Origin: Opitutales bacterium
GTDB taxonomy: Bacteria > Verrucomicrobiota > Verrucomicrobiia > Opitutales > PNEW01
Length of the DNA stretch: 32,000 bases
Direction: 5' to 3'
Assembly (NCBI GenBank): GCA_965219535.1
Contig: CBDCNV010000001.1
Span: 1,860,001-1,892,000, forward strand
How positions within the stretch are numbered: the first letter of the stretch is position 1; each line of letters starts with the position of its first letter. The position numbers were made by a program, and so were the translations under genes. The notes beneath the pieces were generated by a model that worked only from the letters and a program-made list of their open reading frames with translations, ran no database searches and was not told where the DNA came from. Positions 1 to 8,628 of this stretch are shown here, piece by piece.

Positions 1-2
1 AG

Positions 3-743
3 GAAGGCTGGACAACAAGCAGGAAGTTTGTCCAGGCGGTACGACGTTCAGAAGGGCTGCAGGTAAAGCCCCCGAAAAAGGGCAGACACCGTCAAGGAGT
101 CTCTACGGGGTCACCTACTAAAGCAAAGGGTCGCAATCACGTTTGGTCCTGGGACTTTGTCCATGATCGTACAGACAACGGCGGTCCATTAAAGATGATG
201 ACTCTAATCGATGTACCGAGGAGCTGAAAGCGACGACACTCAAGCGAAGCGAAGACATATACGCGTAAATGCCTGGATATCCGGGTCGCTCGTCAACTCA
301 CCTCAACCGATGTCCTCTCTGTGCTTAGCGAGGCCATTGAAGAGGAGGGACCTCCCAGCTATATCCGTAGTGACAACGGCAGTGAGTTCATTGCTCATCA
401 AGTGCAGCAGTGGTTGTCCGGTAATAACATAAAGGCGATCTATATCGATCCGGGCAGTCCCTGGCAAAACGGTTTCATCGAGTCGTTTCACAACCGCTTA
501 CGCGATGAGTGTTTGAACCGTGAAGTGTTGCTCAGCGTGGCTGAAGCGCAAGTGGTAATCGAACAATGGCGTCAGACCTATAACCATGAACATCCCCACA
601 GTCGTTTAGGCTTCAAAAGCCCACAAGAGTTTGTCAGATTCCTTTCCGATCTTGGCCGCGTTCGGGCTACGCCCTCACTTCGCCAAGATCTCTCATATAC
701 ATCAATCCTAAAACCATTAACACCCGGTAACTCTCTCACTTAA
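3..743 (+). pseudogene. IS3-family transposase OrfB (rve/DDE integrase core). The 5' end is cut by the window edge and the frame is interrupted by an in-frame TGA at 225-227.
   Basis: Frame 3 reads ...NHVWSWDFVHDRTDNGGPLKMMTLID | VPRS*KRRHSSEAKT | YTRKCLDIRVARQLTSTDVLSVLSEAIEEEGPPSYIRSDNGSEF...DPGSPWQNGFIESFHNRLRDECLN...YNHEHPHSRLGFKSPQEF. The HVWxxDF, IRSDNGxEF and PGSPWQNGxxESF blocks are typical IS3-family OrfB signatures. The listed ORF 321-743 is only the part downstream of the stop. The region looks more GC-rich than the rest of the window. Confidence 0.85.
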
Positions 744-820
744 ATTGGTACGAAAAACGGGGTCCGATCAGGAGATTAATTTTATAAAGATTGACGACTG
801 ATCTATCGCGATAATCCTTG

Positions 821-1747
821 ATGGCAATGGGCAATCCCGCAGTCAGTCTGGAAAATGTTGTCAAATGTTATGGACAGCACATGGCAGTGAATAACCTGAG
901 TTTGAAAGTTCCCTCTGGTTCGATTTACGGATTCATCGGTCCAAATGGATCAGGTAAAACGACAACCATTCGAATGATTTTGCATATCATTTTTCCCGAT
1001 AGCGGCAGCGTCGAGGTTTTTGGGTGTCAAGAAACACGAGCGGCTAATGATAGTATTGGCTATCTTCCCGAGGAGCGCGGGCTCTATAAAAAACTGACCG
1101 TTAGAAGGCAGCTTGCTTACTGCGCAAGGCTTAAGGGCATGTCGGGTTCCGCTATTAATGAATCGATAGATAGATGGTTGGAGCGCATGGATCTAACGGC
1201 GTGGAAGAATAAGAATATTGAAACCCTTTCCAAAGGAATGTTACAAAAAACCCAGTTTATCGCAGCGGCACTCAGTGGACCGGAATTACTGATTTTAGAT
1301 GAACCATTCTCCGGTCTCGATCCTGTTAATCTTGATATTATCAGGGAATCTATTCTGGAACTGCGCGAGAATGGGACGACCGTAATATTATCAACTCACG
1401 ATATGACGATCGCGGAAAGAATGTGCGATTTTATTTTTATGATTTACCGTGGAGAAAAAGTGCTTGATGGCACTTTATCATCGATCAAAGAATCTTATCA
1501 AACCAACACCATTCGGTTGCGGTATAGAGATGAAAACACTCTGAATCTGGATAAAATCCCTGGTGTCATTGCGGTAAATAATCGTGGATCGTATAATGAA
1601 ATCCAAACGACTGATGATCCACAATTGATCTTACAAGCAGCTAGCAAACTTGGGGAGATCGAACTATTCGAAATCGCGCGCCCGTCTCTTCATGATATTT
1701 TTGTGCAGATTGCAAGCCCGGAAAGAGAGATAGATACCGATGATTAA
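821..1747 (+). CDS. ABC transporter ATP-binding protein (ABC-2 / NatA-like exporter ATPase)
   Basis: Walker A GPNGSGKTT, signature-like LSKGMLQK, Walker B LLILDEPFSGLD, H-loop STHD. The 3' end overlaps the next gene by 8 nt. ATG at 821 is preferred over the in-frame TTG at 818. Confidence 0.9.
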   Translation: MAMGNPAVSLENVVKCYGQHMAVNNLSLKVPSGSIYGFIGPNGSGKTTTIRMILHIIFPDSGSVEVFGCQETRAANDSIGYLPEERGLYKKLTVRRQLAYCARLKGMSGSAINESIDRWLERMDLTAWKNKNIETLSKGMLQKTQFIAAALSGPELLILDEPFSGLDPVNLDIIRESILELRENGTTVILSTHDMTIAERMCDFIFMIYRGEKVLDGTLSSIKESYQTNTIRLRYRDENTLNLDKIPGVIAVNNRGSYNEIQTTDDPQLILQAASKLGEIELFEIARPSLHDIFVQIASPEREIDTDD

Positions 1748-3062
1748 ACTGCTTATCGTAGCTTGGAATGACTACCGGCAGACGGTAGTTTCAAAAACAT
1801 TTATCATTAGTATTATCTTAATGCCTGTTCTGTTTGGTGGTATGGTATTTGTTAATCTGTTTTCTAATGAGAATATCGATCTAAAAGATAAACGTCTCGG
1901 TATTATAGACCGAACGAATATTCTCTACGAAGAGATAGAAAGTAAGGCAGAGCAGCGTAATCAATATGAAATATATAAGGGGAAACTCGGTGATCGCAAA
2001 CAGGTAAAACCGAAGATCATTGTCGAACAGATTTTTGATCATGATTACAAAACTAATGATGCCGTCCTTGGTTTATCCGATCGTGTTCGAGGGAATTCAT
2101 TATTCGGGTTCCTTATTATTGGACAGAGGGTAGTGGACGATAATGAAGCTGATGGGGAGAGTTCGAAAATTATATACTACACCGATTCACCCTCTGTTGT
2201 GGAAATCCCCGACTGGTTTAAGACTGTTATCAGTGAGAAGATTGAAATGATGCGTTTCGAGGAGGCCGGTGTCGATAAACGGTTCATCAATAAATTAATG
2301 CGCCCTATAGATATGGATCGAATGGGACTCGCGGTGTTAAGCGAAGAGGGGAAGGTAATTCAGCCCAAGAAAGATGATCCTCTAAAAACATTTGGGATCC
2401 CCTTTATTGTAATGATCTTAATTTTTGTAACCATGAATATGAGTGCCCCTATGATGCTGAACACAGTGATGGAAGAAAAAATGCAAAAGATCGCAGAAGT
2501 TCTGGTAGCTTCTATATCTCCATTTCATCTCATGCTGGGAAAATTACTCGCTGCGACCCTCGTAGGGTTAACATTTTCAATTGTTTATATCAGTGGTTTA
2601 TTTGCGATGCTCATTTTTTATTCAGAGTCTGATCTGGTGCCGATTTCTCTATATTTTTGGTTTTATGTATTTCTTGTTCTTGGGTTGCTGAGTTTTGGAT
2701 CGATGTGGGCAGGAATTGGCGCAGCTTGTTCGGAAATGAAAGACACGCAAAACTTCGCCGGTCTGACCGTAATGATGATTGCTGTCCCGGTTATTCTCGG
2801 ACCCGCAGTTATTCAATCCCCAAGCAGCACATTCTCTGTAATCGCCTCACTTATTCCTCCGTTTACTCCCTTGCTCATGCTTGTGCGCATGGCAATACCT
2901 CCCGGCCCAGCTTTATGGGAAGTCGCTTTAGGCCTGATTCTGTGTATAAGCTTTACTCTTCTTTGTGTCTGGGCAGGGGGCAAGATATTCAGAATTGGTA
3001 TTTTAGCTCAAGGTCAGACACCGAGCATAAAGGTTCTTATTCGCTGGATCTTTTTTCACTAA
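1740..3062 (+). CDS. ABC-2 type transporter permease (NatB-like)
   Basis: 440 aa. One N-terminal TM helix, a roughly 190-aa hydrophilic loop, then a cluster of about 5 hydrophobic helices, which is the ABC-2 permease architecture. Translationally coupled to the upstream ATPase. Confidence 0.8.
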   Translation: MIKLLIVAWNDYRQTVVSKTFIISIILMPVLFGGMVFVNLFSNENIDLKDKRLGIIDRTNILYEEIESKAEQRNQYEIYKGKLGDRKQVKPKIIVEQIFDHDYKTNDAVLGLSDRVRGNSLFGFLIIGQRVVDDNEADGESSKIIYYTDSPSVVEIPDWFKTVISEKIEMMRFEEAGVDKRFINKLMRPIDMDRMGLAVLSEEGKVIQPKKDDPLKTFGIPFIVMILIFVTMNMSAPMMLNTVMEEKMQKIAEVLVASISPFHLMLGKLLAATLVGLTFSIVYISGLFAMLIFYSESDLVPISLYFWFYVFLVLGLLSFGSMWAGIGAACSEMKDTQNFAGLTVMMIAVPVILGPAVIQSPSSTFSVIASLIPPFTPLLMLVRMAIPPGPALWEVALGLILCISFTLLCVWAGGKIFRIGILAQGQTPSIKVLIRWIFFH

Positions 3063-3145
3063 ACTATGTTATTAATCGATAGGTGATGAGGGTTGATTAT
3101 GTATTCAAGTCTTAGCTAAACGATCATAGCACCACGAGTTTTCAT

Positions 3146-4465
3146 ATGAGCGACCATCTATTAGCAGGTTTCGGTAAAACTGATATTACTCCCCAGACAG
3201 ATGGAACCTTCAAGGTTTTAGACCCGATCTATTTTCGTGCTTTGCACTTAAAACAGGGTGATAAGCAAGTTACTTTCCTCTCGGCTGATCTCTTTCAACT
3301 CGACGACGATTTTAAGAGTCTTGTCGCGAAAAAGGTCACCGATATTGAAATTGATGGTGACTGGATACTTCAAGAACCCAGTCACCTGGGCACAGCTCCC
3401 ATTTTTTTTAATCATTACATGGTGCAGCCCACTGAATCCCTGCGCCATTATGATAAAGTAGAATTTTACGCAGAAGCTGCAGCACAAGCTATTCGCTTAG
3501 CCTATAGGGATGTCTCACCTGCGAGCATTGCGGTCGGAACTACAGAGACACCAGAAGAGCTGGCGCATAATCGCAGAGCTTATGACAAGAATGGCAATTT
3601 TGTTTTTGTCACGATGCAAAAGTGGCACACTCAACCCAACCATCTCGTCTATAAACCACATGATCGCCAACTGGGAATTGTTTATATAAAGAGAGAAAAA
3701 AAACGTCCAATTGCGCTCATTAATTATGCCAATCATGCGCTTTGCCTGGTTAAAGAGTTTGGTAATATATCAGGAGAATACTGTGGTCGGCTTTGTCAAA
3801 TGATGGATGCTGAGGGGGTTGATGCGCTTTTTATCCAAGGCGCTTTAGGTGATATTGCCCCCAATCGTAAAACAGATGACCCCGCCAACTATCTGGCTAA
3901 TGCATTATTGAAGATTGCGCATCAACTCATCGACACTCTTGAGCCGACTGCTGATGTTGAAATCAAATTGGCAAGCAAAACGATAGATATTCCCTTTCAA
4001 CCTCTACCATCGCCAGATGAACTTAAGCAAAAGGTGGAGAAAATTCTATTATCGGACGATCAAGACCCTATGGTTCGCAATTCAGAGGGAACCTGGCAGT
4101 GGAAAGATAAAGAAAAGATTGAGCCGAGAGATAATCATGACAGGTATAAATATTGGTTAGCGTCACGCTTTGCAGGACAGAAAAACTATCCCTATACACT
4201 GCGTGCCATTACTATCGGTTCTTCCTGCCTACTCTTTATTCCGGGTGAACCCTTTTCTGAAACAGCGAGTAAAATTCGCGAGGCGGCCATTCAAGAAGAG
4301 GTTTTAATATTAGCCAGCCCTTCAGCTGAAGCCGGTTACCTGGCCACTCCTCTCGCCCATAAGGAGGGAGCAAATGAACATGATCTTTCGGCTCTTGATT
4401 ATGAATCAGAGCCCGCAATCGTTACAGCTGCAATTGAACTTATCAATCATCCCACACTTGTTTGA
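3146..4465 (+). CDS. Neutral/alkaline ceramidase N-terminal-domain-like hydrolase (function unknown)
   Basis: The N-terminus AGFGKTDITPQ...YFRALHLKQGDKQVTFLSADL resembles the start of the ceramidase_alk domain (G-x-K-x-DITP ... aRA..l..g.....vS.Dl). Later blocks are INYANHA and IQGALGDIAP. The match is by eye only, and the usual His-rich zinc motif is not clearly conserved (PSHLGTAP). Confidence 0.45.
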   Translation: MSDHLLAGFGKTDITPQTDGTFKVLDPIYFRALHLKQGDKQVTFLSADLFQLDDDFKSLVAKKVTDIEIDGDWILQEPSHLGTAPIFFNHYMVQPTESLRHYDKVEFYAEAAAQAIRLAYRDVSPASIAVGTTETPEELAHNRRAYDKNGNFVFVTMQKWHTQPNHLVYKPHDRQLGIVYIKREKKRPIALINYANHALCLVKEFGNISGEYCGRLCQMMDAEGVDALFIQGALGDIAPNRKTDDPANYLANALLKIAHQLIDTLEPTADVEIKLASKTIDIPFQPLPSPDELKQKVEKILLSDDQDPMVRNSEGTWQWKDKEKIEPRDNHDRYKYWLASRFAGQKNYPYTLRAITIGSSCLLFIPGEPFSETASKIREAAIQEEVLILASPSAEAGYLATPLAHKEGANEHDLSALDYESEPAIVTAAIELINHPTLV

Positions 4466-4479
4466 TCGAAAGCATAAAA

Positions 4480-5649
4480 ATGACGAAAAACTCAAATCTT
4501 CAACCCGTTTCTATCACGGATAAAGAAATAACTGATTTAATTGAGTTGGTCGACAGTGTGATGCGAGAAGGTAGCGACCAGAGTATGCTAACTGATTATC
4601 CGCTTGTTTTCCGTAAGGAGAACTTGAGTAACATTCACGTAATTAAAGAGCAGGGGAAGATTGTAGCAGAAGTTCCCTATGTCCAGCGATCTATAAAGAT
4701 GGGAGATGTCGAATTCAGGATCGGTATTATCTCTGCGACATCGACCCATCCCGATCATCGAAAAAAAGGCTATGCCTTGGCCTGCCTCAATGCGAATGTG
4801 GAAAAAATGATAATGGAAGGTACCGAACTGTCTGTTTTATGGACCGTGGTCCCAACATTTTATTTTTACAATCACTGTGATTTTCAAGCGATAAGAAAAC
4901 AAATGTCTGTCTACTTATGTCATAAAAGGGATGCCTATGCATTCACTGACTATGGTTATGAGATTGTAAGGTATAGCCCGCATTCTCGGGATTACCTGGA
5001 TGAAATTATATCCATGCATGAGAAAGACGATTATGGAACACAGCGTGATGAAGATACTTACAGAGGATATTTTTCTCTGCCTAAGATGACAACCTGGATC
5101 GCACTGGATAAGGGAAAGCCAACAGGTTACATTATTGCGAGTTTAGCTACGAATAAACCAGGGATAATAGAAGCTGGTGGAGAAGAAGAAGCTATTGAGA
5201 CTTTAATCAGGCATGTATTATTGGAATGGCCTGAGGTTGAAGATCCGATTCGGTCCTATGGATATTTTCTTACCTCAAAACTCGGATTGGTTATGGAGAA
5301 AAATCTTCCTGATCGGCGAGAGCCATGGACGAGTAATATGATGATAAGAATTAACTTACCGAAAAGATTTTTTGAACGTATTTCGCCCTGGCTCGTGAGA
5401 AAGAACAAGGGAAAGGAACGTGCGTTTTCACTGGAAATAAAAGATATAAATGAAATAATATCTTTTGAATTTTCAATTGAAGGGCTTCAAGTGGGAGATA
5501 AAAAACTACAAGAACATATTATCCTGACACGGCGACAATTAACTTCAGTTGTGTTCGGTTATCACCCGCAAGTTACAGAGAAAAATTACCCTGAATTATC
5601 AGGGCTGTTCCCCTTTTATTTTCCTCTCTGGATCCTTGATCACAGTTAA
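4480..5649 (+). CDS. GNAT family N-acetyltransferase, Eis-like long form
   Basis: GNAT motif A region IGIISATSTHPDHRKKGYALACL (R/Q-x-x-G-x-A). The roughly 390-aa length, with a C-terminal extension, is typical of Eis-type enzymes. The track start TTG 4462 overlaps the upstream stop; ATG 4480 is in frame and preferred. Confidence 0.6.
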   Translation: MTKNSNLQPVSITDKEITDLIELVDSVMREGSDQSMLTDYPLVFRKENLSNIHVIKEQGKIVAEVPYVQRSIKMGDVEFRIGIISATSTHPDHRKKGYALACLNANVEKMIMEGTELSVLWTVVPTFYFYNHCDFQAIRKQMSVYLCHKRDAYAFTDYGYEIVRYSPHSRDYLDEIISMHEKDDYGTQRDEDTYRGYFSLPKMTTWIALDKGKPTGYIIASLATNKPGIIEAGGEEEAIETLIRHVLLEWPEVEDPIRSYGYFLTSKLGLVMEKNLPDRREPWTSNMMIRINLPKRFFERISPWLVRKNKGKERAFSLEIKDINEIISFEFSIEGLQVGDKKLQEHIILTRRQLTSVVFGYHPQVTEKNYPELSGLFPFYFPLWILDHS

Positions 5650-5658
5650 GCTTACTGC

Positions 5659-6789
5659 TTATGCTGATGTGTAACCTTTGATTACCTTTTCGGTGTTATC
5701 GTCTATCCAATCCCAGTCCAATTCAATACCAAGACCAGGCTTGTCGGGTAGCCGTTGATAGCCATCCTGGTCAACTTCAAGAGGATTATCTTTAATCGCG
5801 AAGCGAAAAATAGGGTGGTGCGCTTCAACGAATCTACTGACTTCTGACGCACAGGCAACTAGTAGATTGGCTACATCAATAATGGGAGAGGCCGCGGTAT
5901 GAATCTCTAACTCATAGCCCATCAGCTCACACATAGCGAGTGCTTTACTTAACCAAGTTATTCCCCCTTTCAAATGTACATCACCGCGTGCTATATCCAA
6001 TGCCCCTTGGATTAAGTATTGTGGCAGCTCATGTAATCTAACCGTTTCTGCCGCAAGAACAGGAGTTTCGATATCGTCCGCAAGTTTTTTTAACTGATTG
6101 ATTTGGCGATCGGGAATGGGTTCTTCAAACCAGAGATATTTTAATGTATCCAGCTCTCTTCCAATAGCCAAAGCCTCAACAAAAGTTAGCTCTGCTATTG
6201 AATCGATCATTAGGGGGAAATCCGGGCCAACGATTTCGCGCGCCAAATGTAAGCGAGGGATGACACTGGCAGGACCACCCAGGGGTTGTAATTTTATTCC
6301 AGAATAACCTGCTGCTTTCTTTGCCTTTACTGCTTTTTCAAGTGCTTCAGGTGTTTCAATCAAATGGGGTGGAAGACTGGCATAAAGCGGTACTTTGTCG
6401 CGTACTTTACCGAGTAAAGTGGCAATGGGTAGACCGGCGACTTTTCCTTTGATGTCCCATAGGGCCACATCAAGTTCAGCCTGAATCGTATCCGTAAGAC
6501 CATAAAGATGTCTGTTCAAGCGTCTTATGTCCTGCCAGATCGCTTCGTGGCAAAGGGGATCGTGCCCGACGACGTGATGGTAATATACATCGTGAATGAG
6601 ACTGGCATTAGCATGACCACATCCAACTACACCGTAGCCCATGCTATAGCCTTCAACACCTTCGTCGGTGGATAGGCAAATGAGTGGATAGTACCAGAAT
6701 CTGGGTTCTGTATCCGGTTTTGGCCGGTCCTCATACCAGGCCGAGAAATCCAGCTTTACCAAATGTGTTGTTATTTCAGTGACCTTCAT
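5659..6789 (-). CDS. Enolase-superfamily enzyme (mandelate racemase/muconate lactonizing family, probable acid-sugar dehydratase)
   Basis: The blocks GYSGIKLQP, MIDSIAELT, LWFEEPIPD, VLAAETV, DIARGDVHLKGGIT and LEIHTAASP follow the order of MR/MLE barrel metal-ligand and catalytic motifs. Confidence 0.8.
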   Translation of the reverse strand: MKVTEITTHLVKLDFSAWYEDRPKPDTEPRFWYYPLICLSTDEGVEGYSMGYGVVGCGHANASLIHDVYYHHVVGHDPLCHEAIWQDIRRLNRHLYGLTDTIQAELDVALWDIKGKVAGLPIATLLGKVRDKVPLYASLPPHLIETPEALEKAVKAKKAAGYSGIKLQPLGGPASVIPRLHLAREIVGPDFPLMIDSIAELTFVEALAIGRELDTLKYLWFEEPIPDRQINQLKKLADDIETPVLAAETVRLHELPQYLIQGALDIARGDVHLKGGITWLSKALAMCELMGYELEIHTAASPIIDVANLLVACASEVSRFVEAHHPIFRFAIKDNPLEVDQDGYQRLPDKPGLGIELDWDWIDDNTEKVIKGYTSA

Positions 6790-6874
6790 GGGTAATAATT
6801 GATTAGTTTGTTAATTTACGGGCACAATACATTTCCTCTACTTTGAATAAGCAAAATCTCTGTAAATACTGATT

Positions 6875-7420
6875 TTAGATAGGGTCTAGTAATTCGGTTT
6901 TGAGACTGCCAATGCAGGGAAGGTTGCGATAACGTTCTGCATAGTCGAGACCATAACCGACAACGAACTTGTCGGGAATCTTAAAACCAACAAAGTCAGA
7001 CTTAAAGGGTACTGTACGTCGGCGCTCCTTATCAAGTAATATGCAGGTTAGTAATGATGAGGGGTGGCGTTGTTTTAAATGATCATAGACGAGCGAGATT
7101 GTATGACCCGTATCGAGGATGTCATCAATGAGAAGGACATGCCGGTCTTTGAGATCAAGTCGAATCGAATCGATAATTTCAGGTTCCTTATCGGGTTGTG
7201 ATTTATTGCGATAGCTCGATACCCGTATGCAATCTAAGCGAATTGGTACATTTATATTTCTCAGGATATCGACGGTAAAATAAAGCGCACCATTGATTAT
7301 AGATATAACGGTAATTTCATCATTGTCCTTGTAGGCCTCAGTTATCTCCTGGCCCAATTCAGAGACACGCTTTTTAATATCCTCTTCAGTAAAATATATT
7401 TTTTCCAGTTCTTCTCTCAT
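6875..7420 (-). CDS. hpt: Hypoxanthine phosphoribosyltransferase
   Basis: 181 aa. PRPP-binding loop VLLIDDILDTGHT and C-terminal FVVGYGLDYAERYRNLPCIG are both classic Hpt blocks. Confidence 0.93.
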   Translation of the reverse strand: MREELEKIYFTEEDIKKRVSELGQEITEAYKDNDEITVISIINGALYFTVDILRNINVPIRLDCIRVSSYRNKSQPDKEPEIIDSIRLDLKDRHVLLIDDILDTGHTISLVYDHLKQRHPSSLLTCILLDKERRRTVPFKSDFVGFKIPDKFVVGYGLDYAERYRNLPCIGSLKTELLDPI

Positions 7421-7554
7421 TGTGAATCTATAGATTAATGAAGCTTACTTTTCTCAATCTCAAACCCCAATTTCAATAGGTTCAAAATTTTTCACTGTTT
7501 ATAAATCATCCTTTTATTTTGACAGAAGATGAAGTGGAAGTCAGATAATGTGCT

Positions 7555-8625
7555 ATGATTTCGGTGTCTGTCCGAAAACTGGTAAAAAAATTCGATACTA
7601 CGATTGCACTTGAGAGTGTTGATCTTTCCATTGAACCCGGTGAATTATTTTTTCTGCTTGGTCCAAGTGGTTGTGGTAAAACGACTTTGCTTAGAACAAT
7701 TGCCGGATTTTACATTCCGGACGAAGGTCAGGTTTTCTTTGGCGATAAGGATGTAACCCACCAGGAACCCTATAAAAGAAATGCAGGTATGGTCTTTCAA
7801 AGTTATGCCTTATGGCCGCATATGACGGTTGCTCAAAATGTCAGTTTTGGACTTGAGCAACGAAAATTAAAAAAGGAGGAAATAAAGAAGCAGGTCTTAG
7901 AAGCTTTGGATGCAGTGGAAATGCAAAGCTATGCAGAACGTAAGCCAAATCAGCTTTCAGGCGGACAACAGCAACGTATTGCTCTGGCACGCGCACTGGT
8001 TATTCGTCCCCAGTGTTTACTCCTCGATGAACCGCTTTCTAATCTCGATGCCAAGTTGCGCCTTGAGCTGCGGATGGAAATCCGACGTGTCTGTAAAGAA
8101 CACAATCTTACAACAATATATGTTACTCATGATCAAAAAGAAGCTTTATCCATTGCCGACCGTATAGCGATTTTGCACGAAGGGAAAGTTTTACAGATTG
8201 GCAGTCCGCAAGATGTTTATAAGCGTCCGCAAAACTCATTTGTCGCAGATTTTATCGGGGAAACAAATTTTATAACGGGTACAATTTTAAGCAGCGAAGG
8301 GAGGCAGATTCTAATAAAAACTTCCCTCGGTAAAATTCAGGGTGTGCTGCCGCACAATAAAACAGATCCTGTTGAGGGGTCAGAAGTAACGCTTTCCGTT
8401 AGACCAGAATCTTTTCGCATCGAAAAAAATGCATCTGATATCAACAGTTTTGAAGGGACTATAAACGAAAGCGTATATTATGGCGAAATTGGGCAGTATA
8501 ATTTTTCAAGTGGAGATATAAACCTGAAAATATTTGAACTAAACCCACAATTTCTCCGCGCGTTACCTGAAATGAAATTATACGCATGCGTTGACGCAGA
8601 AGATGTGGTCGTTCTTCAGGACTAA
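7555..8625 (+). CDS. ABC importer ATP-binding protein (PotA/FbpC/MalK-type with C-terminal OB/TOBE-like domain)
   Basis: Walker A GPSGCGKTT, Q-loop VFQSYALWPHMTV, signature LSGGQQQRIALARAL, Walker B LLLDEPLSNLD, H-loop VTHD. A roughly 120-aa C-terminal regulatory-type extension follows. Confidence 0.9.
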   Translation: MISVSVRKLVKKFDTTIALESVDLSIEPGELFFLLGPSGCGKTTLLRTIAGFYIPDEGQVFFGDKDVTHQEPYKRNAGMVFQSYALWPHMTVAQNVSFGLEQRKLKKEEIKKQVLEALDAVEMQSYAERKPNQLSGGQQQRIALARALVIRPQCLLLDEPLSNLDAKLRLELRMEIRRVCKEHNLTTIYVTHDQKEALSIADRIAILHEGKVLQIGSPQDVYKRPQNSFVADFIGETNFITGTILSSEGRQILIKTSLGKIQGVLPHNKTDPVEGSEVTLSVRPESFRIEKNASDINSFEGTINESVYYGEIGQYNFSSGDINLKIFELNPQFLRALPEMKLYACVDAEDVVVLQD

Positions 8626-8628
8626 TTA

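Noticed and set aside
2657-3082. Long alternative-frame or antisense ORFs in the track (for example 2657-3082, 10458-10814, 15940-16338, 17382-17717, 18444-18716, 22341-22802)
   Set aside because: All lie entirely inside strongly supported genes in other frames or strands. Their translations lack motifs and have skewed composition (Cys/Arg/Ser-rich or Pro-rich), as is typical of shadow ORFs.
6790-7554. Purine riboswitch upstream of hpt, and by analogy a lysine riboswitch upstream of dapA (31672-31807)
   Set aside because: The leaders are short and AT-rich. They lack the conserved junction sequences and paired helices of the purine or L-box aptamers.
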